Positions 1-13,200 of a DNA stretch of 64,000 bases are shown here, piece after piece (within the stretch, counting starts at the first letter, position 1; each line of letters starts with the position of its first letter). The translations under genes were made by a program, and so were the position numbers. The notes below the pieces were generated by a model. That model was given only the letters and a program-made list of their open reading frames with translations, searched no databases and was not told where the DNA came from. Source of the DNA: Macrostomum lignano (lineage: Eukaryota); assembly GCA_002269645.1 (NCBI GenBank), contig NIVC01002434.1, forward strand, positions 62,001-126,000. Direction: 5' to 3'.

Positions 1-360
1 CTAGAGCTCAGCGCTCCGGCACCATAATAACTGATCCGCAATTGCCTGAGTGGTGTAACTGTGTGTTTCGTTCAAACAGTTAATTTTTTATCTTTCAATT
101 CCTTGCCTACGTACGCTTACAAATCGTGTGCGTTGGGGTGGTTGTTAGAGGCTGCGACTCCTCTAGTTCTCCTCTTGCACGTACAATATCAAATATGCAT
201 GGTGTGACTTTAGCCACCAACTCTGATTAAGCTCAATTGTACCATGACCTTTGTGCCCGCAGGGCACTTATTCTTGCCTTTTAATGCCATAAACTACATT
301 TAAGCCCGCTTGCAGGAGTCACATCTACTTTAATGCAAATTAGCGGGCAGTTAAGTATCA

Positions 361-459
361 GATTAAACATGCCTTTTGAGGGAGTTATTTGTATAAATCA
401 CGAGGGCCTGAGGCCCGAGGGATTTATGAAAATAACTCCCGAAAAAGGCATGTGTAATC
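361..459. mobile_element. Palindromic (hairpin) MITE-like element
   Basis: Arms gattaaacatgccttttgagggagttattt.. and ..aaataactcccgaaaaaggcatgtgtaatc are reverse complements around the hub gggcctgaggccc. Confidence 0.65.
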
Positions 460-850
460 TCGTATAAACCATAGACATAAAGACTTTACGGGATATTATT
501 GAACATTACCAAATAAAATCCCGGAGAACGCAAATATTGTCACGGAAAGTCTTTATTTCTATGGATTATTGACATTTAACGCCCGATTGTCTATTTCAAA
601 CTTACTCTTATGCAAATTAGCGGGCAGTTAATGTCATTTAAATTCCTTGCCTACGAATGCCTACAAATCATTTGCGTTGGGGTGGTTGTTAGCGGCTGTG
701 ACTCTAGTTCTCCTCTTGCACTGTCATTAATATCATTAACTGCCCGCTAATTTTGTCCCGCTTTGTCAAGGACACAAATGTCTATGGCACAATAATAGTA
801 ATACCCATGCTTTAAGGGCGTTAATGGGAAAATCAGAGGGCGCCGTTAGT

Positions 851-1198
851 CTGCCCGCAATAAATATACTGATGTATCCCCCTTTTGCCCCGGGCGAGTG
901 TCTATGTGACGCATGTTTTCATTTATTTCCCTAGGTGAATAAATCATTTATTTCCCGCTGCCCCGCGGGCTGATAAATTCGAGACAACAACCATAGACAA
1001 CGAACGGGGGATACATATCATATTCCCCACTCATTTAGCTGTCTAGGGCCAAAAGCACTCGGTGTCTCGATCATTGACCTCGGCTTCGCCTCGGTCAATA
1101 AACGAGACACCTCTTGCTTTTGCCCGCTAGACAACAAAATAAATGGGGAATATATACCATTTACTGCCCTATTTACTGCCCGCAATAAATATACTGAT
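851..1198. mobile_element. Two adjacent palindromic MITE-like elements between 23-bp direct repeats
   Basis: ctgcccgcaataaatatactgat occurs at about 851-873 and 1176-1198. One palindrome at about 868-1020 has ends gatgtatccccc/gggggatacatatc. A second at 1020-1153 has the hub ctcggcttcgcctcgg. Confidence 0.6.
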
Positions 1199-1263
1199 CG
1201 TTATTATTCTCGCCTGCAAAGCTTTCGGCAACTATCGACTACAACAAGCAGTCTAGTCTCGTT

Positions 1264-3117
1264 TCACTTACTACACTCGGGTGAGGCGGTGCCTTTGCTC
1301 GGCCGGATATTTGGGTCCGCGTGCAGATCTAGGCCGCCAGTAAAGTGCTGCCTCTGATCGTAGTCGACGGCGCCGACTCGGACTTGATTGGCCACGACTG
1401 CATGGTTGGCTGAGCTGCCTCTGGACTGGCGCGGCATCAAGCTGGTGCGACAGCACCCGCACCCAGAACTCCAGCCAGGCCCTCTAAAGATATTACGCCG
1501 AAGTTTTTTAGCCAGTCCTCGGTAGATACCCAGGTCCCGCTGTTTGCCTGCATCTGAAGGCGGATGCGCGCCCGAAATTTTCCAAGGTCCAGAACATCCC
1601 GCTCGCACTGAAGGAGAAAGTGAAAGCTCAGCTTGAAAAGGAGATTGAGCAGAGATGGGCTCCAGCCAGTGAGCAACTGCGACTACGCGTCGCCAATCTT
1701 CCGCATCTGCGATGACTTAATAAAGCAAATGGTGAACCTGGACGTACAGCCCGACACCTTACCCGTTGCCGAGGATCGAGGAACTTTTGGCAAAGCTGGC
1801 CGGAGGTGAGAAATTCACAAAGCTGGACCTTTCGCAAAGGTACTTACAGCTACCGCTGGACGCGGCATCACAGAAGCTGTGCACAATTACTATGTGAAAG
1901 GGCCTACTTCGCTACACCAGGCTGCCATTTAGGGTGGCTCCGGCGATTGGCATTTTCCAGCGCCAGATGGACTGTTGTTTCATGCTGAAGGAATTCCTCC
2001 CGTCACCTGTTTTCGTCGACAGGTGATTGGGGGCGCCCAGCAGGACGACGCGTTCAAGTCACTGTGCAGCTAGGCGCCGGTACTGCGACCCACAGAAGCC
2101 GCTGGTGTTGGAGTGCGACGCCTCGCCCTACGGGATCCGTGCTGCCATCAGCCACCGCGTGGCGGCGTCGATCGGCTGATCGCCTTTTGCTTCACGCTCG
2201 CAGCATGATGCTGAGACCCGCCACTCGCAGCTGGAGAAGGAGGGCCTAGCGATCGTCTACGGAGTCAAAAAGTTCCAGGAGCATCTTTACAGTCCAGACT
2301 TCGCACTGGTCTGCGACCACAAGCCGCTGCTCGGGCTGCTGCACCAGTCCAAGCCGATTCCGGCACTCGCATCGGGCAGGATTCAGCGCTGGGCGCTCCT
2401 CTTGGCCGGCTATCAGTATACCATGGTTCACCGCTGGACGCTGCGATCGAGCAACTCGCCGCGACGTGCACCGAGTGCCAAGAGACAAAAGGGCACGTAC
2501 GGACGGTGCCCTACCAGCCGGCATCAAACAGCCAGGCCGAGCGTGCGATGCAAACCCTGAAAGCGGGCACTGGCGTAGCAGCAAAGCGGTACCTTGGAGG
2601 ATCGCTTGGGCCGTTTTCTGCCGAGTGACGTCTCACGCGACGACCGAGAGAGCGCCCTGTGAGCTGGTTGATGGGACGGAGGCTGCACACGTTGTTAGAC
2701 TGAGTCCGCCCTGACTTTGGGCGCTTCGTGTATAAAGGTTGCGGCTCAGCAGGCGCTTTAAAAGGAGCAGCACGACGCCCACGCGTGGGATCGATGACTT
2801 GGTGCTAGTAAACGATTTCGCGAACGACGGTCTCTTTGATCAGACCTGCGACGGTGATGGCGAGTTCCAGTGCCGTGTCTTACCTGCTGTTTTGAAGATG
2901 GATCAGCTGCGCAAGCGGTGGCAGACCGTTTGCAGCAAGAGTTTCTGACACGACTTCAGCGCCGGCGTCTGAGACTGCTACGGAGAGCGGGCCACCGATG
3001 ACCGTCGGCCTGGACGGTGGCCCTCTGGCTGATATTGCTAATGTGACGGATGCGGCGCAGCAGATTCAACGCTCGGAGCATAAAATAGGGCGCCCAGTGA
3101 CAACTGGACAAGCTATA
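1264..3117 (+). pseudogene. Decayed Ty3/Gypsy pol (protease tail, RT, RNase H, integrase remnants)
   Basis: Frame-hopping translation gives LPLIVVDG..LIGHD (protease tail), FTKLDLSQ..YLQLPLD (RT), LVLECDASPYG, SQLEKEGLAIVYGVKKF and CDHKPLLGL (RNase H), and HPASNSQAERAMQT (integrase). There are many stops and frameshifts. Confidence 0.85.
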
Positions 3118-3808
3118 GTTGCTGTTGCGGCGAGTGTCAGCCTGGTGGTCAACACACAGAAGACCGTCGTGCTCTGCGTGCCGGACGACATTGAGGCTGC
3201 GATTTTGTGCCGAGGCGCTGATGGACAGGAAACAGCTTCCGCGTTGTCAGCAGTTTGTCTACCTCGGCGGTCTGGTTCCCGGCGTCCGCGAGGCCTGGGC
3301 TGCCTTTCGTTCTGTAAGGGCAGTCCTGCAGTCCGAGGCCTTACCTGACCGCCAGAGGGCGGCGTTGTTTCAGGCGGTGATCGAGACCGTCCTGCTTTAC
3401 AACGCCGAGACCTGGACGCTGACGGATTCGCTCGAACAGCTGGTCGATGCGGCGCACGCTGGCCTGCTGCGCGTCGCCTTCAAGATCGGCTATGAGCGAG
3501 TCACCAATGCGGCACTCTATCGCCGCACCGGCCTGTCCCGTCCCAGCGAACTGTTGCACCATCGGCGACTCCAACTAGCAGGCCATTTCATCCGAGCCGA
3601 GTCGTACTGCCCAGAGCCGGTGCAGGAGGTGCTGCTGCTAACGCTGCAGGCACCCACCGCGGGGGGCTGGTGCGCACTCGGCATTTCGTCGACTGCCTGC
3701 TGGCTGACGCCGGCGCCCCGGATTCGGCCGGCGGCGTGGCGTTCATTCGCGACCTGGCCTTGAAGTGCGCCCTGGGACGCTAAATGCATATTCTGTTGTT
3801 GTTGTTGT
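3118..3808 (+). mobile_element. 5'-truncated non-LTR retrotransposon (RTE-like LINE 3' end) with (GTT)n tail
   Basis: AASVSLVVNTQKT, then a frameshift, then FVYLGG..AWAAF..VIETVLLYNAETWTLT..RRLQLAGHFIR. This is typical of the RTE-clade post-RT region. It ends in tgttgttgttgttgt at 3794-3808. Confidence 0.8.
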
Positions 3809-3891
3809 ATACCACTAATTGATCAATTTATGAACCTTATGACGACCTTAACAACTACACTGGTAGACATTGAAAAGTATCCACCCTGAGC

Positions 3892-4110
3892 TAGTGAGCC
3901 ACTTCTCTCCTATTGCAACTGCAAGTTACGCAATTGGCATCCCGCGATTCCGGCGCGGGGAACGGCACGATCGTATTATTCAAACTATCGCGCATGCACG
4001 CCATTATTCCTTTAGTGTGCAATTGAATAATACCGGCCGCGTCTCCGCACGCGGGATGCAAGTTGCGTAACTTGCAGTTGCGATCGCGGAGAGTATTAAA
4101 CGGCTCACTA
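3892..4110. mobile_element. MITE/foldback with about 55-bp imperfect TIRs and a TA dinucleotide at both ends
   Basis: The ends read TAgtgagcc..ggctcacTA. Inner arms gcaactgcaagttacgcaa..gcatcccgcg and cgcgggatgcaagttgcgtaacttgcagttgc are reverse complements. Confidence 0.65.
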
Positions 4111-4979
4111 AAAGTAAGCCATTAAAACTAAGAATTAAAAGTAAGTCTAAGTCAAGCTATTCGGTAGCTCATTAAGGGGTGTTGTAACCTCACTTAGTTA
4201 AATATATTTCGGACTGTTGTTGGTCGTTTGGGGGCACGTGATATTGCGCATTTTTATGGCGTATTCACATTTTTTATGCAGAACAATACGTTATTACAAA
4301 CAATTCATTGTTTGTAGGATCGTCAAAGCAGCATTACAATGCTAAGAATCAGCGGTCCCAGTGCGTGACAACGATTCTGGCGAGCGCCGGTAGACAATCG
4401 TTGTCTCGCACTGGGACCGCTGATTATTTATCCATTGCACGTCGCTCTGTAAATCAAATATATAAGCACTGAAAGTAAGTAATCGGTATGTTCTTCCACC
4501 CAAAGCTGAGTCTTTTACCCTGTAAAGGGGAATCGTAATATCTAGCTGATATTTAGCCGACGAATCTTTCGATACATATGACGTCGCTATCCGTCGATGT
4601 AATGCAAAAGTACATATTTGTCGATAGACGTCGGCGACTTCGGATTGCAGGTTAAATTCTGTAAGCAAAATTCCTGCTAGCAAGTTTTATAGTAAAAAAT
4701 TCCTGCTAACTAACTTCGGCAAGCAGCCGATTTTTTGCTAGCGAATCTCTTATACCCTCGATTGTATGCACAACCTAGCAAACATGCACTAAATAGTAAT
4801 ACAAAAAATAAAAAGTGTTGAATGCGCAGGGAGGCAGTTCCGGACATCCAATTTGCACTCCGTGACCCCACTCAGCCTATCCCTTCCCTTTGCCCGAGCT
4901 CAATGAACCGGAAATCTAAGTGTCTGAAGTAGAATCTAAGTGAAAATCCTTCTGTATACTGCAGGAAAAAGGTTGCCGA

Positions 4980-6635
4980 CATCTTTAAAGAGATCTCAGA
5001 GATCCATCCCGCCACTGATCAGCCGGAGCAACAAACGCTCGACTCACTTTTTATAGCGACGCTTACTCCGCACGACAATGTGGTTCACCCGGTACCAATT
5101 CCGCCAGTGCACGCAGCTGGACGGGGAAGCCATCGACAGCTAGTACAACTGACTGTGCAACGCGGCTGAGGCCTGCCAGTTCGGAGAGCTGCGCCAGTCC
5201 CTCATCTGTTACCAGATCGTCGCCTGCTGCCGCAGCGACTCCCTCCGCAAGCGGCTGCTCTAGGTGCCCAACATCAGCCTCCCCGAGGCCCTCCAGCTGG
5301 TGAGAACAAACGAAGCATCCAGCCTGCAGGCGGCCATTATGGAGCGCTCAGCAGCCGGACCAGCTGAAGAAGTGCATGCGGCACGCGACAAGCGCCCCAC
5401 CAGGTGCCCGCCAGCCAGTCCGGCCGACAAATGCCTGCGGTGCGGAGAGCCCGGCCACCGCACATGCAACCGGGCCCAAGGCAAGCGCTGCAGCAACTGC
5501 GGAAAGCTGCACCACCTGGCGAAGACCTGCCTAAGCGGCCGCGCACGCATCAACATGGCAGAGCCTGAGCCAGAGGAACCAGCAGTGGCGCACCTAACGG
5601 AGGCGGTATTCTCCAGCCTCGACCCCAGCCGCAAAAGCGTCACCTTCAAAGCGGTCATCAACGGCTCGAACGTACCCGTCCTGATCGACAGCGGCGCTAG
5701 CTGCAACGTGCTCAGCCAGCAGACCCTTCGCCTAACGGGAGCACCCAAGCGGGCGCTTCAGCCTACACACACAAGGTTGCATCAAGGGTGTCTCAGTCAG
5801 CATCCAACAGAAGGAAGAAGCGGTGCCAGTCTGCCACCCTCCGTCTTGAGTCTCGGTGCATCTTCGAACCGCCGTGGAAAAGGAGCTGAAGAACCAGCTG
5901 GCAGCCGGCATCCTGGAGTGAGTGACGGGGCCCAGCACCTGGAGTTCACGTAATGGTATTCACGCAGGACCCGTTGGACATCAATATAAGTACGTCATCC
6001 CAGAAAAGCAGCCAATACCGACCTTCGAAGAAATCACCGACGAGATGGCATGGCTCCACCTATTTCTTCAAACTGGATGTTGCCAAAAGGCCTTCCACCA
6101 GCTCGAGGTCAGCGAGGAGTCACGGCAGCTGCTTACTTTCTCAACACCTCTAAGCCTGCTCCGCCTCAAGCGCCTTTGCATGGGGATTTACCTCAGCGTC
6201 CGAAATCCTACAGCGCGTCATGACATCCCTGAGCAGTTTGAGAGGCGAGTGGTGGGTCCATAACGACATCATCATCTTTGCCACCACCCACAAAAGAGCA
6301 CAACGAGAGGCTGCGCAACTGCACACAATCACACAGGAGTGCACAGCGGCCCTAACTTTATTTGCCTTGACGCTGCGCCAACACAACGTGACTCTGAACC
6401 CGCGCAAATGTCGCATTGCAACCCAGCAGGTCGACTTCCTGGCCATGCGCCTCTCGCGGCGGCCGGAATCCAACCGACCGAGGAAATAAAGCTGGAGGCT
6501 GTGGCCAACTTCGGTCGTGGGGAGCCAACAACAAGCCTCCGCCTTCCAGTCCATCAAGCAGTCGATCGCACACAGTCCCCGCTGGCCTTCTTCAACAAGA
6601 ACTGCGAGACCAGGCTGATCGTCGACACATGTAAC
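4980..6635 (+). pseudogene. Second decayed Ty3/Gypsy element: gag with two zinc knuckles, protease, partial RT/RNase H
   Basis: Motifs CLRCGEPGHRTC and CSNCGKLHHLAKTC (knuckles), VLIDSGASCNVL (protease), FKLDVAK/AFHQLEVSEESRQLLTFSTP and DIIIF..TLNPRKC (RT), and LAFFNKNCETRLIVD (RNase H start). Interrupted by stops and frameshifts. Confidence 0.85.
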
Positions 6636-7278
6636 ACATGGCATATGCAAAATCAGCATAAACATAGTATGTCTGTACGCAAGCAAATATTGTCTCTCTC
6701 ATCTAGCTATAGTTAAGTAGCTAGCTTTTTGGGTACACCTGGCACCAAATTTCAATCCCCGCGCTCTGCCTGGGTTTGAACTATAGCTATACTGGGTGTA
6801 CATGCAACACACACACTAGCTGAGTTAAAGAAAAAGAAATGAACGCAAACGGAGAGAGGGAGAGAAAGATAGCTAGCTAGAGAAAAAATACTGAACAACC
6901 AAAGCCCGCACGCAGGCTGAACACATTTCTTGGAATAAAAGCTACGTTCTTTCAACGCTTGGCCAGAAAAGCACACGGAAAAACAGCCACTTATTAGACT
7001 AGAGTAGGTTAGAGTTTATCAAATTTAATTAACCAGAAGTGTACATTACTAATAATAAGGCAGCTATAGCTCTCTTAGCTGTCGCAAGTTTTTGCAGTAG
7101 AAATAGACAGCTTGGTACCTTATTTTTCATAGAATTTCGATCATTCAAACTTACAATTCCAAGAAATCAAATCGACAAGCAGCTAGAGGAGCTTCTGGTG
7201 CATTAAATTGTGTTGTCGAGTCTAAATTTCCTTATGTCTTTTGCTTCAGTTGGCCAGCTTCAGCAGCAGCAAGCACCA

Positions 7279-10200
7279 ATGAGCCTTCTGGACGAGGACT
7301 TTGAAGTAATTAGTAGCGATCAGTCAATCAGTCCTTACGAGATGTCGCTTTTGCCACCCCAACAACATCCGCCGCCGCCACAACCCTCTGCTTCTGCTTC
7401 TACCAGTGAAGTTCAGAACCTGCGAGGATATAACGCAGGTATGCCTATAGAAATAGTTCAGTTCTGTTTTTTTAATTTTCATTAAAACAATGTGTATCTC
7501 TATATTAATATTTGGCAGATCAAAATAATTTTAACAAATTTAATATCTTATTATTTTTTTCTAATTTAATAATTAGAATCCAGCCTTCTAGGATTTAGAA
7601 ATTAGAAATTCACTCACTAAAGCAAATTCAGCATCTTACTTAGTGTTTGAGTCCTATCCTTATTTAGGCCTAGGTCTAGAGATCAAAATTTAGATCTCTA
7701 CTAGATCTAAATTAAATCTACTTTTTGAGATCAAATTTTAGGAATTTTTAATTAACTTTCAGATTTAGTTAGAGAATAAGGTTTATAAATCATAATTGAT
7801 TATATTATAGTTTAGGGCCTACCCTATATCATTTATATATTAAGGCTAGGGTGTAGATCTGATAATTTTTAAGACATAGGCCTAAAAATTTCATTATTTT
7901 CTTTCTAGTTCTAAGCCTAAGGATCATTAGAATAATTAGGATTTGGAATCTAGGACTAGGGATCACTATTATATTAGAATCCTAGGATTTATCTTTAGTG
8001 ATGTTTGTTAAATTCATAGGATTTGGGATTTTTGGATTTATAGATCTCTTATTAAAATCCTAGGATTGGGGATTTGAAAATCACTATTCAGAACCCTGGA
8101 ATTGGATTTTTTGGGATCACTATTAGAATCTTAAGATTGGGAACTTGGGAATCACTATCAGAATCCTATTATTGGAATTGTATATGTCCCAGGGCTCTTA
8201 TTTATTCCTTTGTCTAGCCTTACTTGCTGCCACCAAAGTTGTCGTAGGGGTGCTCCCGTACGATACAAAATCCTACCGCTGTAACCAAAGTTGTTACAAA
8301 GCTATTTCTCCTTAACAATTCTACTGGTTGTTAATTGTATTTCTACTGGTTGTTAATTGTATTTCTACTGGTAGCGCATGTACTTCTATTGATAGCGTAT
8401 GTACTTCTATTGTACTTTCTGGCCTAAGCGGTCTACTAGCACTGGCTATTCTATTCCTATATTCCTCTAAAGATATTATTCTCTCAGTCCTGGCGTTCCC
8501 GGGATCAGAGGGTCACAGCTCTAAAGCGAAATCTCTGCCCTGAGGCATTTATTCCTGCTCTGAAGCGATTCTTCTGCCCTGAGGCGAATATAGCACTTTC
8601 TTACCCTGAGGCAATTCTCGCTTTTAGCGGATTTCTGACTCTCAATGTGAGGATTTCAATCTTAGCAAATAACTAAGTCTTAAAAATACTGCGAGTAACA
8701 ATTTCTAGGTTTGCTTATCTGAAGCCAAGAGGCAGCAAACGAATACGAAACGAGTTGAAGCGAAGCGAAGCGAAGCGAAGCGATTTGCGTTTCGAGTTTA
8801 TTATTCCTGGCCCAAACTGGGCTCCTATTTATACACTTTTTCGGCATAAATTTTAACAAAATAATAATTTTCGAAAATATTTTTGCAGATCACAACGTTT
8901 AAACAAAATATTTAGTTATTTGTGCAAATTTGAATAAAAGCTTTCTAAGAAATACCGTATTCGTGCATAAAATAGTTGTTACTTCTTAGGCACTATATCA
9001 ACTTGCCTTCCCTATAGGCAATTTATGAATAATAAAAAAATTTTTTACAGTAAAAATAGAAATTTTTTGAGTGAATAAATTGCAAAGCACACACCAAAAA
9101 TAAAATGAGTGTAGTTATAAAGGCAAACTAGAAAACCATGTACAGACTACTACAAGTACTATTGGAAAACAACTCATATAAAATGGTGCATAAATTTTTA
9201 AGCAAATTTCGCAGGTGCAGATGTCAATAGTCAATGCTACAGGTGCAAAGAACAATGTCAATCTTAAATGCTACAGGTGCAAAGAACAATGTCAATAATA
9301 AATGCTACAGCTGCAAAGAACAATGTCAATAATAAATGCTACAGGTGCAAAGAACGATGTCAATAAAAAACGTACTAACAGAAAAACTTGCTTAGCGTGA
9401 AACTTATCAGTCCCTTTTCAGAAATTGCAGTTATGTGGCAAATCTCGATACTCTGGCCATCCCAGTTGCGCAAAGATCCAGTGTAGCTCGATATTCACGA
9501 GCTGGCGCTGAAATGGGCGGCTGGTGTCGACATCACCTCGGAACCGGTCTGCTGCGTACTGCAGCACGATGACAGCCTCTTCTCTCGTCAGTCGGGCTCG
9601 CAGGTGTCGCAGACTCGGCCACAGATAGGCGCGCTGCGGCAGCGCCTGATCCAGGCGGAGATGGGCGATTCTGCCCAAATAGATTCGTACGCCGTGCACC
9701 ACTCGTTCTAGTGGGACTCCGTGAATCGCGAGAAGGTTCAAAGCGGCTTCATGATGTTGGGGCGGCTGAGGCACGGGCTGCAGCGGCTGCAGTGGCTGTC
9801 TTGGCACAGGCTGATGAAGCGGTGATGGCTGACGCAGTGGCTGTTGCGGCGGTGGCTGCTGTCTCGCCGGTGCTGGCTGTCTTCTCGGCAGTGGTGGCTG
9901 CTGCTGCTGTGGCTGTCGCTGGGGCGGCGCGTGGCGCGGCCGCGGCGTCGACTGCCGAGGTGGCGGCGCTTCGAGTTGTAGAGCGCGCCGTCCTTCTTCA
10001 GCGCATGGCCTCTTGATCACGGACTTAACTGGGGCCTTGGCCTGAGCCTCCAGAATGGCTGCCCGTTTAGCTGGTACTGACTCCGCTGATGCTGCCGATC
10101 GCTTGCTCGTGCCTGGCACGGCTTTTGGCCTTGTCGGCTGCCTCAGCGGTGCGTCCTCCACCGCTGGTTGACCTGCCGCCGACGAGGCAGCTGGCGAAGT

Positions 10201-13200
10201 TTCGAGCCTAGCTGCTGATGGCGCTGGCTGTTGTTCTGGCGATGCAGACCGGGCTGCTGGCCGAACTTCTGGTTGAGCTGGCGGTTGATCTGCCGGCGCA
10301 GCTCCTGGCTGCTGCTCGGCGTTTGGCTCGGCGGCTTGTTCAGCGGCCGGTTCAGCTGGTTGCAAATCTGCCATATCGTCGTCCAGGCCTAATAGCTCTC
10401 TAATGAAATTATCTAGATGATCGTCCTCCATAAATGTTTGCTAATTACCTACAAATGAATGTTCTTAGCTAGGCGGGAGGTGATTGACGGGTCTGAGGGA
10501 GCCGCAGGGGGTTTAATTACATATCCGAAAAACTGGTCCGCATCTTCGTGTTCGCACCAGAGAGGGTTTAGCAAATTTCTAACGAGCTCGCTCATTGGCT
10601 CACACCGTTACTAAGCGTTGCTAGGATTTTCATGCGGAACGAGTTTCGAACAATACCTGCACAATTCTCTATACTCTACTGTTAGTAACGCGCATAACAT
10701 TTTTACTTAATACTGTATATGCAAATTTAATATTTTTGTATTTTTATAGATTTTATGATTTTTACTTTTTTATGAGTTTTTTATAGTCTATTTACACATT
10801 TTTACATGGATTTGGCTTCATCACTTTCGGTAGTGTGAGTAACGCCTCCGGGGAACAAAGCCTATTGCGACTGTGTTCTCTCGGGGTCTCAGATTATATT
10901 GATGTCTTTGTTCGGCTCTTTCATTCTCACCTATCTCTAATGCGTCATCTTCCTCAGCTAACTCAGTTCTTTCACTGTCTGTTGACTCATCTTCTATTTC
11001 ATTCTGCTCAATTTCCTCTTGCTCAACTTCTTCCTCAATTGGCTCGATCTCTCTAGCTCTCCATTGGATTCTTTCGTCCTCCGAACTGTCAGTTTCTACT
11101 ATTGGCTCTAAATGATTTTTCTTACTAATTTGTTGCCTTCCCTTATTTTTCGGCTCTCTCTTTTTCTGTTGTTCTCCCTGCCTTCCCCTATTTGTAGGTT
11201 CCGCCTCTTTATTTGGTTCATTCGGAAAATCTATTTGCGAGTTAGGTACTGGAGTGAGGTTGTTTCGATGTACGAGCATCTTCTCGCCAATCCTTACTCC
11301 GTCTATTTCTCGCTGTACTCGAAATACTGTTTCGGAAAGTCTCGCAAGGACTCTGAATGCTGCTCTTTTCTTGCGGTGAAATTTATGGCTTTCTTCACTG
11401 TGTAACTGCGGATTGTTAATCAATGCGAGGCATCCAACCGGTACATGCTTCGGTGGCTTGTTCTCAGCATTGTCCTCCTCTCTACGGTCCTTTACCTTCT
11501 CTAGCTTCTTTTGCACGAGTTTCTGTGCTTCTTCGAGCCTTTCAGCATGGTTTAGCACATAGCTCGGATAATCGTGATACTGCTTTGGCTTTCGAATAAT
11601 ACTGTCCATCCTAAGATCTGCCTCCCTACCAAATAGCAGGTAGTGCGGCGTGAATCCGGTGGTCTGGTTCACGCTGGTGCGCACAGCTACCAGAGCTGCG
11701 GGAATTAGCAAATCCCAGTCGGAATGATCTTTCTCTACTAGACAAGTTACTATTGACTTTATTTGTTTATTGAATCTTTCGACTAGTCCGTTACTTTGTG
11801 CGTGATACGGTGTAGTGCATGTATGCTTGATGCCATACATCCTACAAAATGCTTGGAACTGACGGCTGACGAATGTCTTGCCATTGTCAGTGTGGATCCA
11901 CTGGCATTGTCCGTATTCGCTAAAGATCCTTTCTTGTATGATCTTAATCACTGTATCCGATTTCTGGTTTCGCACTGGAAACGCAAACGGAAACCGAGTG
12001 GTGCTATCTACTACTGGTAGTACGTAGCGATGACCTCTTCGACTCTCTTTTGAGATCGGTCCAATCAGATCAATATGGATCCTATGAAACGGTTCGCATA
12101 TTGGAAAGGACTGCACTGGCGCCTTCACCTTATTTCCTGCCTTACTCTCCAAACAAGGAATACATTCCGAAATATACTTCTCTACTGCAGTTGCTAGCCC
12201 TGGTCGCCAAAATCGATCGCGTACACGCTGAAGTGTTTTATCACGACCTAGGTGACCTGCGAGAGGACTGTCATGCAACTCTCGGAATACCTCTTTCTCT
12301 ATATTCTCTGGCAACACGACCTTTCGTGTCCCGTCTTCGTCTATGGTCAATAACTCGTCTTCTAGCTTCATCTGCTTATAGAACTTTAACATCTGCTTCA
12401 ACTCTCTAGTCGCATCTTCTGGCAATTTCGGCTCTCGGATACTCTGCTCCTTCCAGGCTATCAGCGTCCTCATAGAAGGGTCGTCTTGCTGAGCTGATGT
12501 CAGCTGCTCCTTCTTAAGCGGGACGAAGAGATAGTCGGTTAGGAGTTTCCGACAAGCGGTCTCACTAACGTTTTCTTCCGCATCCTCATACACTTCTTCA
12601 TCATCAGCGAAAAAATCGCTGGCGTCCTCATACTCTTCTTCTTCATCTTCGAAATACTCTCTTGCATCTTCGTACTCTTCATCGTCTTCTACTTCTTCTC
12701 TAATTGGATCAGTCTGACAGCTCTGGTGCTTGCAGCTTGAGACATTGGTCTGACTTCGGTTTACCGTAATGGTAGGAGGTACTGGACCTATCTCAGCTTT
12801 AGTGCACTTTTCTGCCTTAGTCTCCTGATTATCTTCTAATCTTTCCGCGGGTCGTCGGGATAGTCCGTCTGCATTGGTGTGTTTAGCACCGCTGCGGTGT
12901 TCAATGTCATACTGAAATTCACTCAATCTCTCGATCCATCTACCGAGGATTCCCTGCGCTTCAGTCTGGCGAAGTAGCCATAGAATCGCGCGATGATCTG
13001 TTCTTGCCAGGAATCTCTTTCCGATGAGATAGAATCGGAAGTGTTTCATTCCGTCAACTAATGCTAGCAATTCTTTTCTCGTGATTGGATACCTCTTTTC
13101 CGATTCTTTCATGGCTCTGCTAAAGTACGCGATGGGTCTTTCGACTCCATCGGATTGTATCTGACCTAAGCAGGCTCCGATTCTATCATCACTCGCATCA

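Noticed and set aside
8328-8543. 71-aa hydrophobic antisense ORF in both LTRs (also 16610-16825)
   Set aside because: It starts at TTG and arises from short internal repeats. Its identity in both copies simply reflects LTR identity.
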